A DNA stretch of 64,000 nucleotides from an uncultured Chthonomonadaceae bacterium (GTDB lineage Bacteria > Armatimonadota > Chthonomonadetes > Chthonomonadales > Chthonomonadaceae), in the NCBI GenBank assembly GCA_963835065.1, contig CAWIEK010000001.1, forward strand, positions 64,001-128,000, given 5' to 3'. This document shows positions 1 through 8,819 of this stretch, piece by piece. The translations under genes were made by a program, and so were the position numbers. The notes under the pieces were generated by a model. The model was not told the origin of the DNA. It worked only from the letters and a program-made list of their open reading frames with translations, and ran no database searches. Position 1 is the first letter of the stretch. Each line of letters opens with the position of its first letter.

Positions 1-12
1 ATCAAGATAAGT

Positions 13-36
13 GGGCTTGATGAATCAAGCCCCTAC
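13..36. repeat. REP-like palindrome (GGGC...GCCCCTAC type)
   Basis: GGGCTTGAT-GA-ATCAAGCCC followed by CTAC; related to 8771-8794 and 61636-61660. Confidence 0.55.
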
Positions 37-149
37 AACTTGTACTTTTTTGGTTCTGAACAACAACTGAACCCCGCTCCATGCTTTGTATGTTGAGCGG
101 GGTTTGCTTTCACGCCGTTTTGATTGCGGCAGCAGGGAGAGGAAAACGA

Positions 150-908
150 ATGTACCGAAAGAACGCAACGCGCATTGTAGCGCTAACAGCCTTATGCGGC
201 GTATCGGCGGCAATTCTGGCTCCGCATCTGCGGGCGGTTCCGCGCGGCGGGCAGGAACAGGGCGCAGCAGCGCCGGCCATGACAATGTTCGCGCTGTCGG
301 CGCGTCCGCCCAAAGGAGCGGTTGTCCTGATTGGCGGCAAGGCGGAGGACATGGCCGCCAACTGGTACAAGCGCCGCAGCCTGGAACCGGCGACGTGGAC
401 GATAGATGCCAAAGGCGTGGCGACCCCGCAAAAAGTGGACATTACCAGCAAGCAGGAGTTCGGGGACAGCTACGTTCACGCCGAATTTCGCGGCATGTTG
501 GACGATGCGGGCAAGCCGATGGGCGGCGGCAACAGCGGCGTCGGCTTACAGGGGCGCTACGAAATCCAGATATACAACTCCTACGGCCAGAAACCGGAAT
601 CGCATGGCTGCGGCGCGCTGTACAGCCAGAAAGCCCCGCTCGTGACCGCCTGCAAACCGGCGGGCGAATGGAATACCTACGACATCATCTTCCGCGCCCC
701 CCGCTTCGACAGCGACAACAAGGTGACGGAAAAGCCCCGCGCCACCATTTTCCTCAACGGCATTCTCATTCAGAACAACGAAGAGTTCACGGGCATGACG
801 GGCATCAATTACGAAGTCTACAAGGAAATGACCAGAACCGGCCCTCTCGTCCTGCAAGGCGATCACGACCCGGTTCAGTTCCGCAACGTGTGGGTCGTGC
901 CGATGTGA
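150..908 (+). CDS. DUF1080 (3-keto-disaccharide hydrolase-like) secreted protein
   Basis: Signal-like N-terminus; GNSGVGLQGRYEIQI, GEWNTYDI, LQGDHDPVQFRNVW; SD GAGAGG before ATG 150. Confidence 0.85.
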   Translation: MYRKNATRIVALTALCGVSAAILAPHLRAVPRGGQEQGAAAPAMTMFALSARPPKGAVVLIGGKAEDMAANWYKRRSLEPATWTIDAKGVATPQKVDITSKQEFGDSYVHAEFRGMLDDAGKPMGGGNSGVGLQGRYEIQIYNSYGQKPESHGCGALYSQKAPLVTACKPAGEWNTYDIIFRAPRFDSDNKVTEKPRATIFLNGILIQNNEEFTGMTGINYEVYKEMTRTGPLVLQGDHDPVQFRNVWVVPM

Positions 909-1161
909 AGAAAAGAAGAAAAGAAGAAGAGAAGAAAAGAAGATAGGGAGACTTGGGTTTTGTTTGTCTTTCCGGCGTTACGGAATGTTCGTTCGCAGAC
1001 AACCGCATGGAAAGGAAGTGGTTGCCGGGAGGGGCGCGAATGTGTTAAAATGCACCATTCCGCTTTTACTCTCACTTTTACGAACGAGCGGCGATGTGTG
1101 CCAACTTTCTGCGGACGTAAGCCTTCTGCGGGCGCAAACGCGCTGAATACTACAACACTTT

Positions 1162-3195
1162 ATGACAAACGAAAACAATGGTTCCGCTGCCGCGCTGCGC
1201 GATGTTTCTTCTGACGCCGCGCCGCTTCCCGCTCCCGCACAGGTGCGCAGTATTCTGGCGACGGACTGCGGCAGTACCACGACAAAAGCCATTTTAATCG
1301 AGCGGCAGGCCAATGGCGAGTACCGGCTGACCACGCGGGGCGAAGCGCCGACAACGGTTGAAGCGCCGTTCGATGATGTGACCGTTGGCGTGGTCAATGC
1401 GGTGCGCGAAGTGGAGGAACTGAGCGGCAAAACCATTTTGGGAACGCCGCAAACCAATGGCGGCAGGCCGATGACGCCCGCGCAGGACGATAAGACGGGC
1501 GTGGATTTGTACCTTTCCACATCGAGCGCGGGCGGCGGGCTGCAAATGACGGTTGCGGGCGTGGTCAAAGCCATGAGCGCGGAAAGCGCGCAGCGGGCGG
1601 CTTTGGGCGCGGGCGCAATCGTGATTGATGTTATGGCTGTCAATGATGGCCGCAAGGAACATGAGCGCGTAGAACGCCTGCGCCAATTGCGCCCCGATAT
1701 GATTTTAATGGCGGGCGGCACGGACGGCGGTACGGTCACTCACCTCGTGGAAATGGCCGAAATGCTGGTTTCCGCGGACCCCAAGCCGCGTTTGGGGTTG
1801 GGATTGAACCTGCCGGTGATTTACGCGGGCAACAAGCAGGCGTATGCGCCCGTCGCGGAACTGCTGGAGGAGCGTGTTTCGCTGCGGCAGGTGGACAATC
1901 TGCGCCCCGCGATGGAGCGCGAAAATCTATTGCCCGCCCGCGAAGCCATTCACGAGTTGTTTCTGGAACACGTCATGCAGCAGGCTCCGGGTTACGGCAA
2001 ATTGTCTGCGTGGACAAGCACAGGTATTATGTCCACGCCCAACGCAGTCGGCAAAATCATGGAAACCATTGCCGCGCAGCGGGGCATCAACGTGCTGGGC
2101 GTGGATATTGGCGGCGCGACAACGGACGTGTTTTCCGTGTTCGGCGGCGTGTTCAACCGGACGGTTTCGGCTAATCTGGGCATGTCGTATTCCATCTGCA
2201 ACGTGCTGACCGAAGCGGGCGTCGCCAACATCCGGCGCTGGCTGCCCTTTGACGTGTCCGAGGCCGACCTGCGCAACCAACTGCGCAACAAAATGATTCG
2301 CCCGACGACCATTCCGCAGCGCCTGCAAGACCTGCAAATCGAGCAGGCCGTGTGCCGCGAAGCCCTGCGGCTGGCCTTCGACCATCACAAATCGCTTGCG
2401 CGCGGTTTGACCGGCGTGACGACCGACAAAAACGTGGGCAACGTGTTCGACCAGAAGGGCACGGGGCTAACGCTTGTCAATCTGCTTGCACTGGACATGA
2501 TCGTCGGTTCGGGGGGCGTCCTGTCCCACGCGCCGCGCCGCGCCCAATCCGCCCTGATGATGCTCGACGCTTACCAGCCCGAAGGCGTCACGCTGCTTAC
2601 GGTTGACTCCATTTTTATGATGCCCCAGCTCGGCATCCTTTCCACCGTTCACCCCGAAGCCGCCACGCAGGTCTTTGAGCGCGATTGTTTGATCGTCCTG
2701 GGAACCTGTATCGCGCCAATCGGCGTAGCTAAAGAAGGCGAGCCGTGCGTCACCATAGAGTGGGAAGGCCGCGTCGAACACATTCCGTTCGGGACGTTGC
2801 GGGTATTTAGGATTCAGGGAACAGGGAACAGGGAACAGGGAACAGCAACGCAATCCACAATCGGCAATCGGCAATCGGCAATCGAAAATCCCAACACCCT
2901 TACTATTACTCCCGCTAAAGCGTTCGATGTGGGCGCGGGGCGGGGCAAGGCGATTACGGCGCAGGTTCAGGGCGGCGTTGTCGGCTTGATGATAGATGCG
3001 CGGGGACGGCCCTTGCAGCTTCCAGGTGAAGACCGCGCCCGCGTTGCCAAACTGCGCGAATGGCTCCGCGCTCTGGACATTCCTACCGGGGAAAACGACA
3101 CACCCATGCCGGCGAACGCGATTTCTACAGGGGCAAATGCAACTGTCGGCACACCAGAACACAGGTCAGGAGAACAGCGCAATGGAAAGGTCTGA
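1162..3195 (+). CDS. glmL: Glutamate mutase L (GlmL/MutL-like, ASKHA-fold ATPase) family protein
   Basis: TDCGSTTTK, SSAGGGL, GGTDGG, VDIGGATTDVFS, IDARGRPL; in-frame heptamer insert at 2815-2892. Confidence 0.8.
   Translation: MTNENNGSAAALRDVSSDAAPLPAPAQVRSILATDCGSTTTKAILIERQANGEYRLTTRGEAPTTVEAPFDDVTVGVVNAVREVEELSGKTILGTPQTNGGRPMTPAQDDKTGVDLYLSTSSAGGGLQMTVAGVVKAMSAESAQRAALGAGAIVIDVMAVNDGRKEHERVERLRQLRPDMILMAGGTDGGTVTHLVEMAEMLVSADPKPRLGLGLNLPVIYAGNKQAYAPVAELLEERVSLRQVDNLRPAMERENLLPAREAIHELFLEHVMQQAPGYGKLSAWTSTGIMSTPNAVGKIMETIAAQRGINVLGVDIGGATTDVFSVFGGVFNRTVSANLGMSYSICNVLTEAGVANIRRWLPFDVSEADLRNQLRNKMIRPTTIPQRLQDLQIEQAVCREALRLAFDHHKSLARGLTGVTTDKNVGNVFDQKGTGLTLVNLLALDMIVGSGGVLSHAPRRAQSALMMLDAYQPEGVTLLTVDSIFMMPQLGILSTVHPEAATQVFERDCLIVLGTCIAPIGVAKEGEPCVTIEWEGRVEHIPFGTLRVFRIQGTGNREQGTATQSTIGNRQSAIENPNTLTITPAKAFDVGAGRGKAITAQVQGGVVGLMIDARGRPLQLPGEDRARVAKLREWLRALDIPTGENDTPMPANAISTGANATVGTPEHRSGEQRNGKV
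2815..2892. repeat. In-frame heptamer tandem repeats (CAGGGAA x4, then CAATCGG-like x5-6)
   Basis: Directly visible; translates QGTGNREQGTATQSTIGNRQSAIENP. Confidence 0.9.
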
Positions 3196-3643
3196 GGCCA
3201 GGCGGCAGGGAACGCTTGTGGAACCGTTTACGTTCCAGGTGGAGGAGTGGCCCGCGCCTCAGTCCGTCCAAGCCGTCAAGCAGCTTCTTAACCGCTATAA
3301 TCGGGAAAAGATCGGCGAGGACGACCACCAGCATCTGGCCGTCGTGCTGCGCGACGCCACGCAACAAATCGTGGGCGGGCTGTGGGGCGAAACCTACTGG
3401 GGCTGGCTATACGTGGACGTGCTTGCCATTCACGAAACGGCGCGCGGTCAGGGATGGGGCACGCGCCTGATGCAGATGGCCGAAGCCGAAGCCCTGCGGC
3501 GCGGCTGCCACCATGCCCATCTGGATACCTTCGACTTTCAAGCCCTGCCTTTTTATCAAAAACTGGGGTATTCCATCTTCGGTACGCTCGACCAATTTCC
3601 CGGCGAGCATAAGCGGTACTTTCTTCAGAAGGCATTGGGGTAA
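3182..3643 (+). CDS. GNAT family N-acetyltransferase
   Basis: RGQGWGTRLM acetyl-CoA motif, LDTFDFQALPFYQKLGY; ATG 3182 overlaps glmL end. Confidence 0.9.
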   Translation: MERSEARRQGTLVEPFTFQVEEWPAPQSVQAVKQLLNRYNREKIGEDDHQHLAVVLRDATQQIVGGLWGETYWGWLYVDVLAIHETARGQGWGTRLMQMAEAEALRRGCHHAHLDTFDFQALPFYQKLGYSIFGTLDQFPGEHKRYFLQKALG

Positions 3644-3697
3644 TGATGAATGATATTTCGTCTTCCATTCATCGTTCATCATTCATCATTCATCATT
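3642..3697. repeat. Heptamer hairpin (ATGATGA / TCATCAT arms)
   Basis: Complementary tandem arms directly after the GNAT stop. Confidence 0.75.
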
Positions 3698-3716
3698 TCT
3701 CTACAAAGGCGCAATC

Positions 3717-4385
3717 ATGAACAATCCTTCCGAAACTTCTACCCTGCCGCGCCCGGAGCGCAAGGCCACGCTGCGATTGGGACAGCGCCATCTTAGCCTG
3801 ATGTCGCTGGCCGTCATTGTGGTTATTGTGCTTGGCCTGGGGGCGGGCATGTACTCCATGTACATTCAGTTCAAAATCACCCGTGACCTGAGCGTGGCAG
3901 AGGCTAATATGCATGAGTTGTACCAGGCCATGCACGGGTATGCGCTGGATACGGACGAGCAATTGCCGCAGGCCGACAAATGGACGGATCAAGTATCCGG
4001 CTATTTGTCTGCGCCTCCCGGTACGCCCGGCGGCAGATTGGCTTATCTGCATGGCGAGGACGAACACGGGGGCGGCATTCATTACGTGTACAACGACCTT
4101 GCAAGCGGACTGAGCCTCGACCCGGTGAACCCGAAAAAGAACGTCAAAACCTACGACCTGAGCCGCCTTGTGTTGCTGATAGAAGCGCCGGGTTCGGGCA
4201 GCAACGAACACGTTTCAATCCCGCCGCGCAACACGCCCGAAGGCGAGGAAGCGCTTGCCAAACTGCTCAAATTCCCGCACAACGCCGACGACCCCAACAA
4301 AGCGACGACGGTCATTCTTTATGCCAACGGCAACCCGGAGCGCATTACGAGGAAAGATGTGGAGAGAGTAGGCATTAGGCATTAG
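3717..4385 (+). CDS. Hypothetical protein with a single N-terminal TM helix
   Basis: 222 aa ORF; hydrophobic LAVIVVIVLGLGAGM; stop supplied by a GGCATTA repeat. Confidence 0.65.
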   Translation: MNNPSETSTLPRPERKATLRLGQRHLSLMSLAVIVVIVLGLGAGMYSMYIQFKITRDLSVAEANMHELYQAMHGYALDTDEQLPQADKWTDQVSGYLSAPPGTPGGRLAYLHGEDEHGGGIHYVYNDLASGLSLDPVNPKKNVKTYDLSRLVLLIEAPGSGSNEHVSIPPRNTPEGEEALAKLLKFPHNADDPNKATTVILYANGNPERITRKDVERVGIRH

Positions 4386-4482
4386 GCATTAGGAACATGC
4401 TTTGCAGAGAGTGACTTATGCGGCTAAGTCAAACCTGACGAGGAGTGTTTATAATGCCTGATGCCTAATGCCTGATGCCTAC
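4368..4482. repeat. Heptamer inverted arms (TAGGCAT / ATGCCTA)
   Basis: GTAGGCATTAGGCATTAGGCATTAGG ... TAATGCCTGATGCCTAATGCCTGATGCCTAC. Confidence 0.8.
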
Positions 4483-4500
4483 GCTCCGCAGGAGCAAAAC

Positions 4501-5667
4501 GTGGGAAGCGCATACACGCCGGGGCTGAAAGTGAGCGCCCGCGCGACGGTGGAAAAGATGCGGCGGCTGCCGCTCAAGGGCACGGTGCTGGTGGCGGAAG
4601 GGGACGTGGTGCAGCCGGATACGGTGGTGGCGCGCACGTTTTTGCCCGGCCTGATGCACACGGTACGCCTGGCCGAACGCCTGGGCGTGGACCCGGCAGA
4701 CGCGCCAGGATTATTGCGCATACAGAAGGGCGACCCGGTTGCAGTCGGGGAGTTGCTGGCGGAAACCAAGGGCGTGTTCGGCAAATACTTTCGGACGCGC
4801 ATTGTCGCGCCGGTGTCGGGGCATGTGGAACTGATTTCGTCCACAACCGGGCATGTGGGCATCCGGGAAGCGCCGCAGCCTGTGGAGCGCACGGCCTATA
4901 TTCGGGGAATTGTCAGCCGCGTTTTGCCGGAAGAGGGCGTTGTCGTGTCCACGCAGGGCGCATTGATACAGGGCATTTTCGGCGTGGGCGGCGAACGGTT
5001 GGGCGAAATCGCCGTTGTCAGTTCCAACCCTCGACAACCCCTGACCGCCGACCTGCTGACGGAAGCGCACCGGGGCAAAATCGTTGTGGGCGGAGCGCAG
5101 ATCGTCGGGGATGCCCTGCCCCGCGCCGCCGATCTGGGCATTATCGGCATCGTTGGCGGCGGCATCATTGACCGCGAACTGATGGACTACCTTGCCGTCG
5201 CCCTGAACCAGCCGGGTTACGACATCGGCGTTGCTATCACGGGGCAGGAACCCATAGCGTTTTCCCTGATGGTAACGGAAGGCTTCGGCGCGATTGAAAT
5301 GGCCGCGCGCACGTTCGCCCTGTTTCAATCGCTGGAAGGCAAAACCGCGTCCATCAACGGCGCAACGCAGATAAGGGCCGGCGTCATCCGCCCCGAAGTG
5401 ATTGTTCCCCTCGAATTTTCCGTGGCTTCCTTCCCTTCCGGCGTTGCTTCTATGGACGCGGACACGAGCGGGCAGTTAAGCATCGGTACGCCCATTCGCA
5501 TCATCCGCGAACCCTATTTCGGCCTGCTTGCGAGCGTCACCGCCCTGCCCTCCGAACTGGTACAAGTGGAATCCGAAACCCTCGTGCGCGTCCTCCAGGC
5601 CCAACTCGCCGATGGCAGCCACGTCACCGTTCCCCGCGCCAACGTTGAAATCATTGAAGGAGCGTGA
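4501..5667 (+). CDS. Conserved hypothetical protein typically adjacent to glmL-like genes (C-terminal KOW-like segment)
   Basis: AGGAG SD then GTG 4501 (SAYTPGLKV); TEGFG, RAGVIRPE, VPRANVEII; the ORF-track ATG 4468 lies within a repeat arm. Confidence 0.75.
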   Translation: MGSAYTPGLKVSARATVEKMRRLPLKGTVLVAEGDVVQPDTVVARTFLPGLMHTVRLAERLGVDPADAPGLLRIQKGDPVAVGELLAETKGVFGKYFRTRIVAPVSGHVELISSTTGHVGIREAPQPVERTAYIRGIVSRVLPEEGVVVSTQGALIQGIFGVGGERLGEIAVVSSNPRQPLTADLLTEAHRGKIVVGGAQIVGDALPRAADLGIIGIVGGGIIDRELMDYLAVALNQPGYDIGVAITGQEPIAFSLMVTEGFGAIEMAARTFALFQSLEGKTASINGATQIRAGVIRPEVIVPLEFSVASFPSGVASMDADTSGQLSIGTPIRIIREPYFGLLASVTALPSELVQVESETLVRVLQAQLADGSHVTVPRANVEIIEGA

Positions 5668-5696
5668 AAACACTTCTTATCGCAGTTGGTGGCATC

Positions 5697-6188
5697 CTAT
5701 GCCTCCGAAAATAGTATAGATTTGAGTTCTGCCGGAACGCGCTTTAGCTCTTCGAGATTATGTTTGAGCAGGTCATTACTCCATATTTCTGAGATTTTAT
5801 CCGGGCAGCCATCCGCAAGCATTTCTCCAATTTTTTCGCGTGAGGTGTGGTTCAAAAGTTGTTGCAGATTCTCAGGCTCCGACCTCACGCCTAATATAAA
5901 CACTCTGTCCTTCAGTTCTGAGGGTATCACCTTTTGCGCTTCTTCATAACGGTCATCCTGCTCATCGAAATCAATCAATAACACCATGTATCGAGAGGTA
6001 TATCTACTCATTTCAGCCGCATAGATAGCTTCGAAGTCTTCTAAAACCTTGCGCCAACCGCCCGCTGGCCGCAATACAAGAAATAATCTTTGATTTAGTC
6101 CGGGCGCGAGCAGAAAGCCATTTGCGAGGTCTTCATCTGCTGCATCTTCCGGCAGAATGTGAATATGCGGTTTGTACTTGTTAGCCAT
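5697..6188 (-). CDS. Small partner of AAA ATPase, TOPRIM-like (DUF4276/RloB-like, tentative)
   Basis: ILPED..D, AGGW, LLIDFD; TAATG coupling to the ATPase; low GC. Confidence 0.6.
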   Translation of the reverse strand: MANKYKPHIHILPEDAADEDLANGFLLAPGLNQRLFLVLRPAGGWRKVLEDFEAIYAAEMSRYTSRYMVLLIDFDEQDDRYEEAQKVIPSELKDRVFILGVRSEPENLQQLLNHTSREKIGEMLADGCPDKISEIWSNDLLKHNLEELKRVPAELKSILFSEA

Positions 6189-7294
6189 TAGACGTGTACA
6201 TCATCTCGGAGCAATGCATCTTCAAGGTTCCCGTTAATTTGCACATCGCTAATTGACCGCACCAGAGTAGGTTCCAGATGGCTATGCCGATAAAGAAGCA
6301 ATGTATTCTCATCAGAGAATTTCCGAATAGCCTCTAAATTATGCGAGGTGACTAATAGTTGGCTTCCGTTTCGAAAAGAGCGTCGCAAAGCCAGCACAAA
6401 ATGGCCCACTTCTGAGGGCGACAGATAATTATCAGGCTCATCCCAGAAGCAAAAGAGTGGCCCGTAGGATTCATTGGCTGCCAGAACCAGCGCGCAAATA
6501 AAGAAGCACTTTTCGCCATCCGACAAATCGCGCAACGGAAGACTTAGCGTAGCCTGGTCCTGTTGAAATTGAACAGTGAGACTCCGAAAATCTGCTCTGC
6601 TGACAGGATTTTTGATATCTTTGAAATCAGGCATGACTTCCCGTAAGTATCTGTCAATTTGTGTATAAGCCGCCGGCGACTGCGCTATCAAACCCGAAAA
6701 CCACTCCCCAAAGTCAGTCACCTGCCGCTTAGGGGACAAGGTTTCGCCTTCCGAATCCCCAGTTATCAAGCTGGGAATAGGCGCAAGAATCAACATTCGA
6801 GCAAGCCAGGTCTTAAAAATGTATAGTGGATCCGCAGGCTGTTCTTGAATCACCGGCAAAGCGATTAGATGCCAATCAACCTGAAAATTCGCTTCTTTAT
6901 TCTTTCCCTTTGCAGGGAGTTGCACCTTAGAAAGATCGCGGGAATAGATTGGGCTTCCCTCAACGGTAAGATTTTCTTCCCGTACCCTTAATTCCCTAAA
7001 TCCATCCGGCAACTCTAAAGCAAGAGTGTAGCTATAAACCCTGCCTCCAATTACGGCTTCCATCTCGAAGCGCATGGGAATGTCTGAGCGTCCACGAGCA
7101 AAATCTGAGAGTTTTACAAGTTGTCCGACCCGGTTTGTGCCCCGTCCAATACTCTGCAAAACTTCCAAAGCGTAACTCACTGTAGATTTGCCCGTCCCGT
7201 TCTTACCTATCAAGAGCGCGGATGGCTTATCGGAAAGCGAAAGCTCGAAATTCTCCAAGCATCTAAAATTATGCACGTACAGACGTTTAATCAT
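6188..7294 (-). CDS. AAA_21/ABC-type ATPase
   Basis: GKNGTGKS, LSDGEK, WDEPDNYL, LLVTSH. Confidence 0.85.
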   Translation of the reverse strand: MIKRLYVHNFRCLENFELSLSDKPSALLIGKNGTGKSTVSYALEVLQSIGRGTNRVGQLVKLSDFARGRSDIPMRFEMEAVIGGRVYSYTLALELPDGFRELRVREENLTVEGSPIYSRDLSKVQLPAKGKNKEANFQVDWHLIALPVIQEQPADPLYIFKTWLARMLILAPIPSLITGDSEGETLSPKRQVTDFGEWFSGLIAQSPAAYTQIDRYLREVMPDFKDIKNPVSRADFRSLTVQFQQDQATLSLPLRDLSDGEKCFFICALVLAANESYGPLFCFWDEPDNYLSPSEVGHFVLALRRSFRNGSQLLVTSHNLEAIRKFSDENTLLLYRHSHLEPTLVRSISDVQINGNLEDALLRDDVHV

Positions 7295-7548
7295 TACAAC
7301 ATGATACCCGATATGAGGATATAGACGCGTTGCGGCCCTTCACTTTCGTACAGCCTTGAGAATACGATGTTCTGTCACATTTACACATTGCGGTGATATA
7401 GCAAGTAGCCTGCCCGAAACCTTCTGCTATAAACGCGCGGAACATATAGTATACTTTTAGATCAGGTTTGATCAGGTTCTCATACGTCCTGAGTTGCTGC
7501 CAATTTTGTGCCACAAATTGTGCTGATCTTACGTGAGGAGAAAAAGCC

Positions 7549-8154
7549 ATGCCCCAGGTCGCGCCACCCCTGTCTGATGTTCCCGAACGCTTTCCGAACC
7601 GCATCCGCTGGACCAAAAGCCAGTGCCGCGCCATGCAGGAAGCAGGCATTCTAACGGGCCGCTACGAGTTGATTGACGGAGAAATCTTTACCAAAATGAG
7701 CCAAAATCCGCCCCATGCCTGCGCTGTTCGCCTCCTGATCGCCTGGCTGACAACTCTGTTCGGCGTGTTACACGTTCAGTGCCAGTTGCCCATTGCCGTT
7801 GGGGACGCCGACCCGGAACATAACAACCCCGAACCGGATGGGGCGGTGACAATCGGGCCTGCCGCCGACTTTGCCGCGCGGCATCCCGGCCCTGCGGACC
7901 TGCTTCTTGTCGCCGAAGTGGCAGACTCGACGCTGCGCTCGGATCGCCTCGCCAAAGCCGCATTGTACGCCCGCGCCGGTATTGGCGAATACTGGCTGCT
8001 CGATATTGCCGGACGGCAGCTGCTCGTTCACCGTCAGCCGGACGCGGTAGGCTACGCTGATGTCGTGGTTTACGGGGCGGATGAGTTGGCCGCAACGCTT
8101 GCCTTGCCTGACGCGCCTGTTCGGGTTGCCGACCTGCTTCCTGCCGTAGCCTGA
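7549..8154 (+). CDS. Uma2 (DUF820) family putative endonuclease
   Basis: RYELIDGEI, PEPD, LLVAEVADST, KAALYARAGIGEYW. Confidence 0.9.
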   Translation: MPQVAPPLSDVPERFPNRIRWTKSQCRAMQEAGILTGRYELIDGEIFTKMSQNPPHACAVRLLIAWLTTLFGVLHVQCQLPIAVGDADPEHNNPEPDGAVTIGPAADFAARHPGPADLLLVAEVADSTLRSDRLAKAALYARAGIGEYWLLDIAGRQLLVHRQPDAVGYADVVVYGADELAATLALPDAPVRVADLLPAVA

Positions 8155-8381
8155 TGCCCTGCTGACCAAAACCTGAACGGGTTTAACATCGCTATTTCCC
8201 GTGCCAATGTGGAAATTCGGGAACGAATGTTACAAAGAGACTACATTACGGTCCCGTAAATCTTTAACTTCCTGAACCAGTGGGTAGCTCGATCTTTGTC
8301 AACGGGAAGTGGCGCGAACAAAGGATGAAGGATGGCAAGACAAGGATGAAGGATGAAAGCGCCGGAAAAAGGGCATGTAGA

Positions 8382-8634
8382 AAAAAGAGTATGTAGAGTC
8401 ATCGTCGAAATCTTGGCAATACAGCGCTTCCAGCCCGATGTCTCATTGTGTCTGGTTGTAGGAGAGAGGCGTCGTGACCTCAGCAGCGTCAGGGCGAGCG
8501 GGAGGGGTGTGGGAACATAGGACTGGCACCTCCCTTCCGGTGTCTAACATTGAATAGTAGACTTTGTTCTGCTATTTAGACGGCTGTGGGGGGGGCAAAG
8601 GTTCACTGTTCTCGCGTTATTTTGCTCTTTTTTC
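8382..8634 (-). ncRNA. Candidate sRNA/micro-peptide transcription unit, copy A
   Basis: Inverted paralogue of 60387-60639; GAACCT-N17-GTCTAA promoter, GGAGGTG SD, micro-ORF, 63 nt identical tail ending in a T-run. Confidence 0.55.
8489..8518 (-). CDS. Candidate 9-aa micro-peptide MFPHPSRSP
   Basis: Strong SD; differs from copy B only by two synonymous changes and a 3-nt indel. Confidence 0.4.
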   Translation of the reverse strand: MFPHPSRSP

Positions 8635-8770
8635 CAAGTTTTTTATTTTTATGGGATTGTTTTTGCGGGAGTGTTGCTGTTGGCCGTGTGTGGGAACGGG
8701 AATGGGGCGCTTGCTTTGGGGCTGGAAATCTATCACTTCTCGGCGGGCACACGCAAGCAGGATACAAGGA

Positions 8771-8794
8771 GGGCACAACATGTTGTGCCCCTAC
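8771..8794. repeat. REP-like palindrome
   Basis: GGGCACAACA/TGTTGTGCCC + CTAC. Confidence 0.65.
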
Positions 8795-8819
8795 GTTTGG
8801 GAAATTAAAATTACAGCCC

